DNA of 25,572 bases from a virus (taxonomy: Duplodnaviria > Caudoviricetes): the IMG/VR virus record IMGVR_UViG_3300037313_000684, positions 1 through 25,572 of that record. The stretch is one strand, 5' to 3'. Under the pieces are notes generated by a model. It was not told the DNA's origin. It was given only the letters and a program-made list of their open reading frames with translations, and did no database searches. The position numbers and the translations under genes were made by a program. This document shows, one piece after another, positions 6,680-15,720 of the stretch (within the stretch, counting starts at the first letter, position 1; every line of letters starts with the position of its first letter).

Positions 6680-6916
6680 GCTGATCTCGCGTCGCTCCGA
6701 GAGCTTCACGTGTGGATGCGCGCAGAGGGAATCCTCTACGCGCGTTGCGGTGATCTCGAATTGCGACTCGAACCTGCTCAGCCCGCGCCATCCGCAACGC
6801 CCGAACCGGAACCACTGACCGACGAGCAGCGTGAGCGGCGCGATCTCGAAGACCTGCTCCACTCGAGCGGCGTCCCCGCTGACGCAATCCTTCGCCTCAC
6901 CAAGAGGGCGGCATGA
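6677..6916 (+). CDS. Small hypothetical protein preceding portal
   Basis: GTG 6677 chosen by analogy with GTG 4140. ATGA overlap with the portal gene. Confidence 0.7.
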   Translation: MADLASLRELHVWMRAEGILYARCGDLELRLEPAQPAPSATPEPEPLTDEQRERRDLEDLLHSSGVPADAILRLTKRAA

Positions 6917-8754
6917 CCGACTCGGTGGCGCTGAGTGATCACTCGTGGTGGGAGGGCAACCCCTACGACAAGCACGACAAGCTCATCGGCGTCGTCCGTT
7001 ACATCCGTCGTCACCAGGCCGATCGCAAGGTCGCCGACGTGCTCTACCAGTCGATGTATGGCGGCTCGAGAGTCTCCGGCTTCGGCTACGGCACGGCCGT
7101 CCGCGCGCCGCTCGCGAACCTGACGCGGCTCACGCTCAACGTCTGCCGGAACATGGTCGCCGCGGTCACTTCGAAGATCGCCGCGAAGAACAAGCCGAAG
7201 CCCACGTTTCTGACGGAGGGCGGCAACTACGACCTGCGCGAGAAGGCGCAGGACCTCGAGGCCTTCGTCGGCGGCGTCTTCTACGAGAGCGGCGTCTACC
7301 AGGAGCTTACGGCGTGCTTCCGCGATGCGTGCGTGTTCGGCACGGGCATCCTGAAGGTGCTCGCGGGCGCGTCAAGCGTCGAGGTCGAGCGCACGCATCC
7401 GTCAAAGTGCATTGTTGACGACGCGGAAGGCGCGAACGGGAAGCCCGCGAATTTCTATCAGCGCGATTACGTCGATCGGCTGCATCTCCTCGGTCGCATC
7501 GAGGGGTGGCTAAAGGATGACGAGGAGCAGCTCAAAGTCGCGCGTGCCGCGCTGTCGATGCGCAAGGCTGCTGACGCGGAGGACGCGGAGTTCGCGTTCG
7601 ACACGACGGCTGATCAGGTGCTCGTCACCGAGGGCTGGCACCTCGGGCCGGGCCTGAAGGGCGGCCGGCACGTCATCGCGATCGACGGCTGCACGCTGCT
7701 CGATGAGGAGTGGGACGGACCGTTCCCGTTCGCGTTTGTGCGTTGGACACCGGCGCTCGATGGCTTCTTCGGCGAAGGGCTCGTCGAGGAGCTCATGGGC
7801 ATCCAGCGCGAGATCAACAAGCTGCTCCAGCAGATCCAGCGCGGTCAGCACCTCATTACCGGCCACTACCTCGTAGAGCACGGCTCGCAGGTCACGCAGC
7901 AGCACATCAACAACGACCTCGCAGCCATCGTCAAGTACAAGGGCAACAAGCCCGAGTATCAGGCGCCGAGCATCATCGCGCCGGAGGTCTACGCGCACCT
8001 CTGGCAGCTCTACGCGAAGGCGTACGAGATCACCGGCATCTCGCAGATGAACGCGACGGGCATGAAGCCCGCCGGTCTCGACTCGGGTGAAGCGCAGCGC
8101 GTCTACCAGGACATCCAGACAGAGCGCTTTCTCGAGGTCGGCCAGGCCTTTGAGGAGTTCGTCGTCGAGACCGCGCGCCAGGTTGTGCGCTGCGCTCGAC
8201 GCGTCGGCGGCGAGTACAAGGTCTTCGGCGAAGGCAAAGACGGCGGGCGATTCATTCGCTGGTCCGACGTCGACATTCCGGACGACCTCGTTCGCATCCG
8301 CGTCTACCCGACGTCGATGCTGCCGACCACGCCGGCCGGAAAGCTCGCGTGGATGCAGGACATGCTGAAGAGCGGCGCAATGCCGTCGGAGGATGTCCTC
8401 GAGGTCGTCGACTTCCCGGACATCGACTCCTACAAGCGCCGCAAGCTCGCGCCACGCAAGGTCATCGAGCGAAACATCGCAAGCATCCTTCGGAAGGGCG
8501 AGTTCGTCTCGCCAGAACCGGCGGACAACCATGTGCTCGCGCTGAAGCTCGTGAACGAGGCGTACCACGAAGCACGCCTCGACGGCGTACCCGAAGACAA
8601 GCTCGAGATGCTCCGCCGCTACATGGCGGACACAACCGACCTGCTGCCGAAGCCGCCACCGCCGATGCCGGATCCCACCATGGGGATGCCGCCGCCGATG
8701 CCTGGCGCTCCGCCTCTACCCATGCCTGGGCCGCCGATGCCCATGGCCGCGTGA
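6913..8754 (+). CDS. Portal (head-tail connector) protein
   Basis: 613 aa between TerL and scaffold/capsid, with DACVFGTGILKV and FPF..RW....FFGEGLVEELMGIQREINK segments typical of podovirus-type portals. Confidence 0.85.
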   Translation: MTDSVALSDHSWWEGNPYDKHDKLIGVVRYIRRHQADRKVADVLYQSMYGGSRVSGFGYGTAVRAPLANLTRLTLNVCRNMVAAVTSKIAAKNKPKPTFLTEGGNYDLREKAQDLEAFVGGVFYESGVYQELTACFRDACVFGTGILKVLAGASSVEVERTHPSKCIVDDAEGANGKPANFYQRDYVDRLHLLGRIEGWLKDDEEQLKVARAALSMRKAADAEDAEFAFDTTADQVLVTEGWHLGPGLKGGRHVIAIDGCTLLDEEWDGPFPFAFVRWTPALDGFFGEGLVEELMGIQREINKLLQQIQRGQHLITGHYLVEHGSQVTQQHINNDLAAIVKYKGNKPEYQAPSIIAPEVYAHLWQLYAKAYEITGISQMNATGMKPAGLDSGEAQRVYQDIQTERFLEVGQAFEEFVVETARQVVRCARRVGGEYKVFGEGKDGGRFIRWSDVDIPDDLVRIRVYPTSMLPTTPAGKLAWMQDMLKSGAMPSEDVLEVVDFPDIDSYKRRKLAPRKVIERNIASILRKGEFVSPEPADNHVLALKLVNEAYHEARLDGVPEDKLEMLRRYMADTTDLLPKPPPPMPDPTMGMPPPMPGAPPLPMPGPPMPMAA

Positions 8755-8758
8755 CCCC

Positions 8759-9757
8759 ATGACCGACGCTGCCCAGACCACCACGACTGCCGAGGCGCCG
8801 AGCGCCGGGTCCTTCTCCGCCGAGGAGATTGCCGACGTCTTCGGGCCTGCCGCCGTGCCCGAAGCGCCCGCGCCCGAGGCGAAGGAAGTGCCGGCAGCGG
8901 CCGAATCCGAACCGAAGGACAAAGGCGTCAGTGACCGCATCGCTGCCGCGATGAAGGCCGAAAAGAGGGCCGCGGAGCTGCGTGCGAAGAACGAGCGGAA
9001 GGAGAAGGAGCTAGGAGAGCGCGAGGCTGCTCTGAAGCCGACGGCTGAGGAGATCGCACTCTTCCAGGACGACCCCGCCGCGTTCATCGCGAAGAAGGGG
9101 TGGACCGAAAAGCAGGTCGCCTCGTTCCTCGACAAGCTTGCTGGCACGTACAAGCCGGAAGCAGTCGCCGAGAAGAAGCTCACGACGCTCGAACAGGAAC
9201 TCGCCGACGTCAAAGCGAAGCTGGCGGCGAAAGAACAGGCGGAGGAAGCTGCGAAGCTCACCGCTCAGCAACGGCACGCCGAGTCCGAGGCCGGGAAGGC
9301 CTTCATTGGGCACATCGTCTCTGACGTGCAGAAGTATCCTCACCTCACCGAGGTCTACGCGAACGACGCGGAAGTCGTTGCGGCTGGCTTCGAAGTGCTT
9401 ACTCAGATCGTCGGTAAAGACGCCGAAGGTAAGCCGGTTACGCGCGTGCAGGCGTTTATGGCGCAGCACGGTCGCGGGCCGACCGATCAAGAGCTCGCTG
9501 AGCACCTCGACGCTGTCGCGAAAGCGAAGATCGAAGCTCGAAGCAAGGCATCGTGGCGACAGGGAAGTGCCGCGAATCAGGCTGGGCAGGCCGCATCTGG
9601 TGAATCGAAGGTCCCGCAGGCGAAGGGGACGAGTCCGCGCACGATTTCACGCGCCGACACCAGCATCCGCGCCGCTGCACCACGAAGTGCAGCGTGGTCT
9701 CAAGAGCAAGCTGACGAGGAGTCGCTTCGCATTCTCGAGCGCGCAATGAAGCGCTGA
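8759..9757 (+). CDS. Capsid scaffolding protein
   Basis: Charged coiled-coil protein with Ala/Pro/Glu-rich N-terminus between portal and capsid genes. Confidence 0.7.
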   Translation: MTDAAQTTTTAEAPSAGSFSAEEIADVFGPAAVPEAPAPEAKEVPAAAESEPKDKGVSDRIAAAMKAEKRAAELRAKNERKEKELGEREAALKPTAEEIALFQDDPAAFIAKKGWTEKQVASFLDKLAGTYKPEAVAEKKLTTLEQELADVKAKLAAKEQAEEAAKLTAQQRHAESEAGKAFIGHIVSDVQKYPHLTEVYANDAEVVAAGFEVLTQIVGKDAEGKPVTRVQAFMAQHGRGPTDQELAEHLDAVAKAKIEARSKASWRQGSAANQAGQAASGESKVPQAKGTSPRTISRADTSIRAAAPRSAAWSQEQADEESLRILERAMKR

Positions 9758-9820
9758 CCTGTCCTCGCTGAAGTCGACCCCGCGCGGTGGTTCCAACCAT
9801 TCGCTCACGGAGTCGCCACC

Positions 9821-11041
9821 ATGGCCATTCTCGATCTCACCGCAGTCAATGCGGTTCTCGAAACGCAGTACACGCAGACCAAAGTTCAGAACCTCTGTTA
9901 CGAAGAGTCGAAGGCCTACGCCAAGACCAAGAAGAAGAAGTGGGTGGGCGGACCCAAGCACGTCGCCTTCCGCTACGGCTCGGTCCAGGGGCGCGGCGCC
10001 AACTTCACCGCTGCCCTCGGCAACATGACGGCAACCACGTACGGCGCCGTCGATGTGACGCGCAAGACGGAATACTGTTTCGCCGAGCTCCAGGGCGAGA
10101 CGATCGAAGCGGCGCAGGGTCAGCCCGGCGCGCTCCTCGACGTCGTGAAGACCGAGTTCGACTCGGCCTTCTACACGGCGGCGCGGTCGATCGGCATCGC
10201 CATGTTCCAGTCGGGCGGTGGTGCGCGCGGTCAGGTCGGCTCGTTCACGGGCGCGACGATCACGCTCAAGGACATCAACCAGATCGTCAACTTCGAAAAG
10301 AACATGGTGCTCAACCTCGGCTCGACCGACGGCACCAGCGGCGCGAAGCGCGCCGGCACCCTCACCGTCCTCGGCGTCGATCGCACGAACGGCATCCTGA
10401 CGTTCACCGCGAACGTCACCACCGGCATCGCTTTGGCAGCGAATAACGACTACATCTTCCAGAACGGCGACTTCGAAGCCACGAAGTCGATGATCTCCGG
10501 TATCCCCGCGTGGATTCCGAAGGTTGCTCCGACGACGGGCGACAACTTCTTCGGCCTCGATCGCTCGACCGATACGCGCCTTTGCGGCAACCGTGTCACG
10601 AAGTACGCGGGCGGTCCCATCGAAGAGACGCTCATCCAGGCGGCAGCCCTTCTCAAGCGTGAAGGCGGCAAGCCGGACGCGGTCTACATGAACCCGCTGG
10701 ACGTCGCGAACCTCATGGTCGCGCTGGGCAGCAAAGTTATCTACGACCGGTCCACCGCCGTGGACAAGCCCGAGTTCGGCTGGGAAGGAACGTTCCTTCG
10801 CACGCCGGGCGGGCGCATCGAGATCATCGACGACATCAACGTCCCGACCGGTGACGCGTGGATGCTCACGAGTTCCACGTGGTCGTTCGAGGACACGATG
10901 GGCAAGGGCCCGCACATCCTCGACCAGGACGGCAACAAGCTCCGCGCGAACGCTACCGGCGACTCGTACATCGCGCGCATCGGCTACTACGGCAACCTCA
11001 TCTGCGAGGCGCCCGGTTGGAACGCCTACGTGGCGCTCTGA
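9821..11041 (+). CDS. Major capsid protein
   Basis: 406 aa after the scaffold, RBS GGAG, strongly C/G-ending codons, C-terminal Y.ARIGYYGNL.C..PG.N. Confidence 0.85.
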   Translation: MAILDLTAVNAVLETQYTQTKVQNLCYEESKAYAKTKKKKWVGGPKHVAFRYGSVQGRGANFTAALGNMTATTYGAVDVTRKTEYCFAELQGETIEAAQGQPGALLDVVKTEFDSAFYTAARSIGIAMFQSGGGARGQVGSFTGATITLKDINQIVNFEKNMVLNLGSTDGTSGAKRAGTLTVLGVDRTNGILTFTANVTTGIALAANNDYIFQNGDFEATKSMISGIPAWIPKVAPTTGDNFFGLDRSTDTRLCGNRVTKYAGGPIEETLIQAAALLKREGGKPDAVYMNPLDVANLMVALGSKVIYDRSTAVDKPEFGWEGTFLRTPGGRIEIIDDINVPTGDAWMLTSSTWSFEDTMGKGPHILDQDGNKLRANATGDSYIARIGYYGNLICEAPGWNAYVAL

Positions 11042-11050
11042 GAGGCTGCC

Positions 11051-11443
11051 ATGAGCAAACTCTTCTACCCCTCGATGAGTGGTGGCGCAGGTCGCGTTTA
11101 CCTCGAGTTCGAACTGAAGGGAGCCGGCGCATCTGCGCTCACCCTCAGCACGGACGCGGGGCCGTATGTGGCCAGTGTTTCCCGCAGCGGTACTGGCATC
11201 TTCGTGGTGACCTTGAAGGACGCCTACCAAGGTGTCGTCTTCAAGTCGGCCGACGTTGACGACACTGCCAATGACGGCGCTTACGCGACCGTCAGCGACG
11301 TAACGAACGAGGGCACCACTACGGCGCTCCAGTTCACCATCCGCGTTCGTGCTGCCGCGGGCACCCTCGCCGATCCCGCTTCCGGGCGGCGCATCGGCGT
11401 ATCGCTCGCTCTGCGCAATACGAAGACCTGGGGTTGGACCTGA
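11051..11443 (+). CDS. Beta-rich virion protein, possible capsid decoration
   Basis: Directly after the capsid gene with RBS GAGG. Function inferred from position only. Confidence 0.5.
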   Translation: MSKLFYPSMSGGAGRVYLEFELKGAGASALTLSTDAGPYVASVSRSGTGIFVVTLKDAYQGVVFKSADVDDTANDGAYATVSDVTNEGTTTALQFTIRVRAAAGTLADPASGRRIGVSLALRNTKTWGWT

Positions 11444-11619
11444 TGGCTAAGCCCTCGCTCGCTGACGTCGCGCTCATGACTGAGCCCGACGCTGATGACC
11501 AGGACGGGGACGCGTACACCGCTGCCGTCGACGAACTCGCCGATGTCCTCGGCGTGGGCGCCGACAAGCGGGACGCGTTCCGGTCTGCATTCGAGGCGGC
11601 CTGCATGGCCTGCAAGTGA
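11443..11619 (+). CDS. Small acidic hypothetical protein
   Basis: TGATG overlap start, 58 aa. Confidence 0.65.
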   Translation: MAKPSLADVALMTEPDADDQDGDAYTAAVDELADVLGVGADKRDAFRSAFEAACMACK

Positions 11620-11627
11620 GGTAATCC

Positions 11628-12311
11628 GTGGCCCGCACCCGCACGCTAACGGAAATGATCGCGGACGTGCGCCAGCGCACGAACCTCGAGACTTCCACGT
11701 TCGTCACGGACGCGGAGATCACGGAATACCTCAATCAGGAGCTCGCCGAGCTCTGGGCGCGCATCGCCCAGGGCTCCGGCGCTCCACACTACCGCGCCGC
11801 GTATCCCTACAGCGTGACGACAACACAATCGCTTTACCCGCTCCCCGCCGACTTCTGGCAGGCACAGGGTGTTGAAGCCACCGTCGACGGAAGCACCTAC
11901 CGACTCCGTGCGTTCGGCCCTTCCGAGCATGGCTGGCTCAAGAGTAGCGACACGCGCTTCCCGTGGCTCTCGACGATTCGCTATCGAGTGCAGGCGGAGA
12001 ACATCGAGTTTCTTCCGGTCTCGCAAGCGTTCAGCGCGACGCTCTATTACACGCCGTCGCAGCCACGACTCGTGAATGGTGGCGATACATTCGACGGCTA
12101 CAACGGCTACGAGATGGCCGCGATCTACGGCGCGTGCGCGACGTGCCAAGCCAAGGAAGAAACGGATCCGAGCTTTCACCTTGGTCAGCGCGAGCGCATC
12201 TATCGCATGATCGACTCGCTCGCAGCGCAGCGCGACGCCGCGGAGCCGGAGCGCGTCCAGGACGTCATGGGTTGCGGTGACGCGTCCTTCGGCGACGGAT
12301 GGCTACTGTGA
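11628..12311 (+). CDS. Head-tail adaptor (tail tubular protein A-like)
   Basis: TL.EMI..VRQR......FVTDAEITEYLN...Y.LPADF pattern, RBS GAGGT and synteny. Confidence 0.75.
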   Translation: MARTRTLTEMIADVRQRTNLETSTFVTDAEITEYLNQELAELWARIAQGSGAPHYRAAYPYSVTTTQSLYPLPADFWQAQGVEATVDGSTYRLRAFGPSEHGWLKSSDTRFPWLSTIRYRVQAENIEFLPVSQAFSATLYYTPSQPRLVNGGDTFDGYNGYEMAAIYGACATCQAKEETDPSFHLGQRERIYRMIDSLAAQRDAAEPERVQDVMGCGDASFGDGWLL

Positions 12312-12673
12312 GCGACAAGACAGCCCCGCGGCGCGTCTTCACCGGCGATCGCCTGATCGACGAAGCTCAGCAAAATGGTCGAATCGCTATTCAGCGCCAG
12401 AACAAGGCGCCGCTCATGGGCGCGGTGCTCATCGATGCAGAGATCGGAGCGCCTTCGGGCACCGGACTCTCGTTTACGTCGGGCGCTGTCCGGTCGATCG
12501 CACATGGCCTCGGCCGTCGCGCGGTCGGCTTCATCGAGACCTACGGTGCGGACGTCCCTAGCGCCGCGATCGTCGGGCTCTTCGCGACGTCGCATCCGGC
12601 TGGCATCAGCAGCGACACGCACGTCACGGTCAAAGCGACCAACACCGGCACCTGCAGCCTCCTCGTTTTCTGA
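12308..12673 (+). CDS. Hypothetical virion protein
   Basis: GTGA overlap start, IAHGLGR..VG beta-rich segment, between adaptor and nozzle. Confidence 0.6.
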   Translation: MSDKTAPRRVFTGDRLIDEAQQNGRIAIQRQNKAPLMGAVLIDAEIGAPSGTGLSFTSGAVRSIAHGLGRRAVGFIETYGADVPSAAIVGLFATSHPAGISSDTHVTVKATNTGTCSLLVF

Positions 12674-15600
12674 TGCTCGATTTCCAGATCGTCCAAGCCC
12701 CGATGCGCCTCGGCCTCGCTGAAGGCGTCGAGCCTCATCAGGTGCCATTCGGTACCCTGACGAAGGCGGAGAACATGTGCTGGGCAAAGAGTGGGCTGCT
12801 CGAGCACCGTCGCGGCTCGCAGGCCATCGGTCAGAACATCAGCGGTGGCGGCTCGATCTCGAGCGGCGCACGCCTTTTCGCGCGCGGCAATGAACTCGCG
12901 CTCACAGACGGCACGTCCTTGTATGCGCTCATCGGCAGCGCGTGGGTTTCGCGCGGCGCCATCCCGAATATCGGCATCACCTGGACGACAATGGTTGCTG
13001 GGCTCAATACGGTCAGGACTGCGGATCTGGCCGTCGTTGGCTCGACCCTTGTCGAAGCTTGGATTTCTGGAGAGCAGGCCGACGAGGGTTCCAACCAGCT
13101 TTATTATCAGCTCACCGATACCTCGACGGGCGCGCTTATCACGCCGCCCACGAAGATCGGAATCAGCACGTTCAAGCCGCACGATCCTCTCCGCGTTCTG
13201 ACGGACGGCACGAACTCGTGGATTGTCACGGTCTGGAATGACGGAAAGGTCTATGTGATTCCGGTCGGCGGTTCACCGGTCTCGGTCGCGACGACCGCGC
13301 CCGGAGCCGGCTCGACCGTGGCACTCGATGCCATCATCATCGGCACCGAGATTCTCATCGCCTTCACAAAATCGGCCGGCGGAATCGGTCTCCTTCGCGT
13401 AACCGCAACGACGACTCCGACTCTGGTAAGCAGTGGCGCGGTCGTCGGCGAGGCGTCCACGGAGGTGTCCACGGTCTCCCTTTGCGGCACCGCTGGCGAA
13501 CCGTTCTTCGTCGCTTGGGCGACGACGAACGACCCATCCGGAACGGACAAGGTCAGATATTACGCGGCCAATCTCATCGCTTTTGCGACTGTTCTTATTG
13601 TCCAAGATCTGAGCGTTACTGGCGGCATTTACCCACAACAGGTCGCGACGGTCACAAGCGTGCGGTACGGCGCTTCGCAGGCGCTGATTTGCTACCACAG
13701 TGCGTCACAAGACGTGGGGACATCGACCCTGCACACCGTCCTTGTTGGAACGACCGGAATCGTCGTCGGCGACGGCGGGCATGACCGGTCCTTCGGCGTG
13801 CTATCGCGCCCGTACAATGTCGGCTCGCGATGGCTTGTCGCGGTCGCGAATTACCCGGGAGAGGCTGGCGTTTTTTACACGAGCGGAACGACGCTTCCAG
13901 CGTCCGACGTTCTCGTGCTGGACGTCACGCCAGACGCGACACGAGGCAGCCAGGGCCTCACGCCGGTACAAGAGGGCAAAATCGAGAGCCTGACCGGCAG
14001 CTTCTGGGCTCCTGGATGCTTCTCGAATGTCTCCGCCGGATACCTTGCCACGCCGTTTGCCAATGCGGCTCCGTACGGAGCGAATGGCATGGTGGGCAAG
14101 GTTCTCACCGGCGCTCGCAGAACCAAATTCACCGCCTCCGGCGGAGCAGACATGTGGAGGTCTCTCAGTATTGGGAACGAAAGTGTGTTCTCTGCCGGGA
14201 TGCTGAGTGCCTACGATGGCGAGCGCGCTCGCGGCTACGGATTCGCGACGGGGCCGCTCGTCTCCACTCTGTTCACGATCAACTCGGGTGCGGGAGGCCT
14301 CGTCGCCGGAGACTATCTCTACAACGTCGCTGCGGAGCGGCGTTCCGCATCCGGCCTGCTCTACCGCTCGCCAGTGGGCCTCACGAAAAAGGTGACCGCA
14401 GGCGCATCAAGCGCAACGACGTTGGGCGTAGTCGCATCGCGTCTCGATCACTCCCAGACCAACCCCGGAGCGTTCCTGGGGTTTCGATCGGTGGTTAGTG
14501 GCTCGGTCGTGCAGCGCATCGCGCTCCCGCCGAAGAAGATGACGGTCCTGATGACTGCGACCGGGTCGACGATGACCGATAACGAGTCTGACTCGTCGGC
14601 GGGACTGTCGATTCGTCCCGCGCTCTACACCGAGGGCGGCGAGCTTGAGGACATGCAGCCGCCGAGCGCCCTCACGCTCGCGTACCATCAGAATCGCATC
14701 TGGCTTATCGCCGGGGACGGGTCCACGCTCTGGTTTTCCAAAGACCAGACGGTCAACCCTGGCGTCGCGCCAGGATTCCACCCTTCACTCACATTGCCCT
14801 TTGACCGCGCGCTGACCGCATTGGCACCGCTCGATGACAAACTCGTAGTCTTCGCCGCCAACACGTTTTGGGCGGTTCTTGGGCAAGGGCCCGCGCCGAA
14901 CGGGCGTGACGGGTCATATGAGATCGTACCGGTCCAAACGGACGTTGGCTGCATCAGCGCGCGCAGCGTCGTCTCGACGCCCGACGGCATCATGTTTCAG
15001 AGCTCGCGCGGCATATACCTGCTTACGCGGTCGCTCGAATTGCAGTGGATCGGTCGTCCGGTGACGGACGAGCTGGCGGCGTATCCGACGATCTCGAGCG
15101 CCGTCCTTGTCGCAAACCGAAACGAGGTCCGATTCACAGCGGGTAGCGGCTCCGCGTCAATCGTCCTCGTCTACAACTATGTCGAGCGGCAGTGGACGAC
15201 GTCCAAGTACACCATTGGTGGCGTCAACGGCGCGCCGATCGCGGATGCCTGCATGTGGCAGGGCAAATGGACGGCCGTCACGACCTCCGGCATCGTCTTT
15301 TACGAGACGAGCGATGCGTGGGACACCGATGCGAGCGCCGCGAAGACGTGGGCGCCCGAAACGATCGAAACCGCGTGGGTGGTGGCGACGGGTCCGCTCG
15401 CCTACCAATCTGTTCGGAAATTCTCGTTCGAAGGGGTGGCGAAAAGCGCTCACTCGCTTACGATTGATGTGGGATTCGACTCCGAGGATACGTACCCGCA
15501 GACAAAGACGTTTGCCGTCTCCACGCTCGGATCAGAATCCTTCGACATTTCTATCGGCACAAGGAGGAAGTGCCGATCTATTCGCTTCCGAATCACGGCA

Positions 15601-15714
15601 GCGGCGCCGACGGGTGACGGCGGAACCGGAGAGGGCCTCTCGCTTGCCATGCTCGGCATCGAGGTAGGCCTCAAACGTGGCTTCGCAAAGAAGCCAGCGA
15701 CGAAGACGGGGTAA
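12673..15714 (+). CDS. Tail nozzle / tail tubular protein B-like (beta-propeller)
   Basis: 1013 aa, beta-rich, with HQNRIW..LWFSK, VGCISARSVV..PDGIMFQS.RGIY and VLVYNY...QW segments typical of nozzle proteins. Confidence 0.78.
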   Translation: MLDFQIVQAPMRLGLAEGVEPHQVPFGTLTKAENMCWAKSGLLEHRRGSQAIGQNISGGGSISSGARLFARGNELALTDGTSLYALIGSAWVSRGAIPNIGITWTTMVAGLNTVRTADLAVVGSTLVEAWISGEQADEGSNQLYYQLTDTSTGALITPPTKIGISTFKPHDPLRVLTDGTNSWIVTVWNDGKVYVIPVGGSPVSVATTAPGAGSTVALDAIIIGTEILIAFTKSAGGIGLLRVTATTTPTLVSSGAVVGEASTEVSTVSLCGTAGEPFFVAWATTNDPSGTDKVRYYAANLIAFATVLIVQDLSVTGGIYPQQVATVTSVRYGASQALICYHSASQDVGTSTLHTVLVGTTGIVVGDGGHDRSFGVLSRPYNVGSRWLVAVANYPGEAGVFYTSGTTLPASDVLVLDVTPDATRGSQGLTPVQEGKIESLTGSFWAPGCFSNVSAGYLATPFANAAPYGANGMVGKVLTGARRTKFTASGGADMWRSLSIGNESVFSAGMLSAYDGERARGYGFATGPLVSTLFTINSGAGGLVAGDYLYNVAAERRSASGLLYRSPVGLTKKVTAGASSATTLGVVASRLDHSQTNPGAFLGFRSVVSGSVVQRIALPPKKMTVLMTATGSTMTDNESDSSAGLSIRPALYTEGGELEDMQPPSALTLAYHQNRIWLIAGDGSTLWFSKDQTVNPGVAPGFHPSLTLPFDRALTALAPLDDKLVVFAANTFWAVLGQGPAPNGRDGSYEIVPVQTDVGCISARSVVSTPDGIMFQSSRGIYLLTRSLELQWIGRPVTDELAAYPTISSAVLVANRNEVRFTAGSGSASIVLVYNYVERQWTTSKYTIGGVNGAPIADACMWQGKWTAVTTSGIVFYETSDAWDTDASAAKTWAPETIETAWVVATGPLAYQSVRKFSFEGVAKSAHSLTIDVGFDSEDTYPQTKTFAVSTLGSESFDISIGTRRKCRSIRFRITAAAPTGDGGTGEGLSLAMLGIEVGLKRGFAKKPATKTG

Positions 15715-15720
15715 TCGCCG

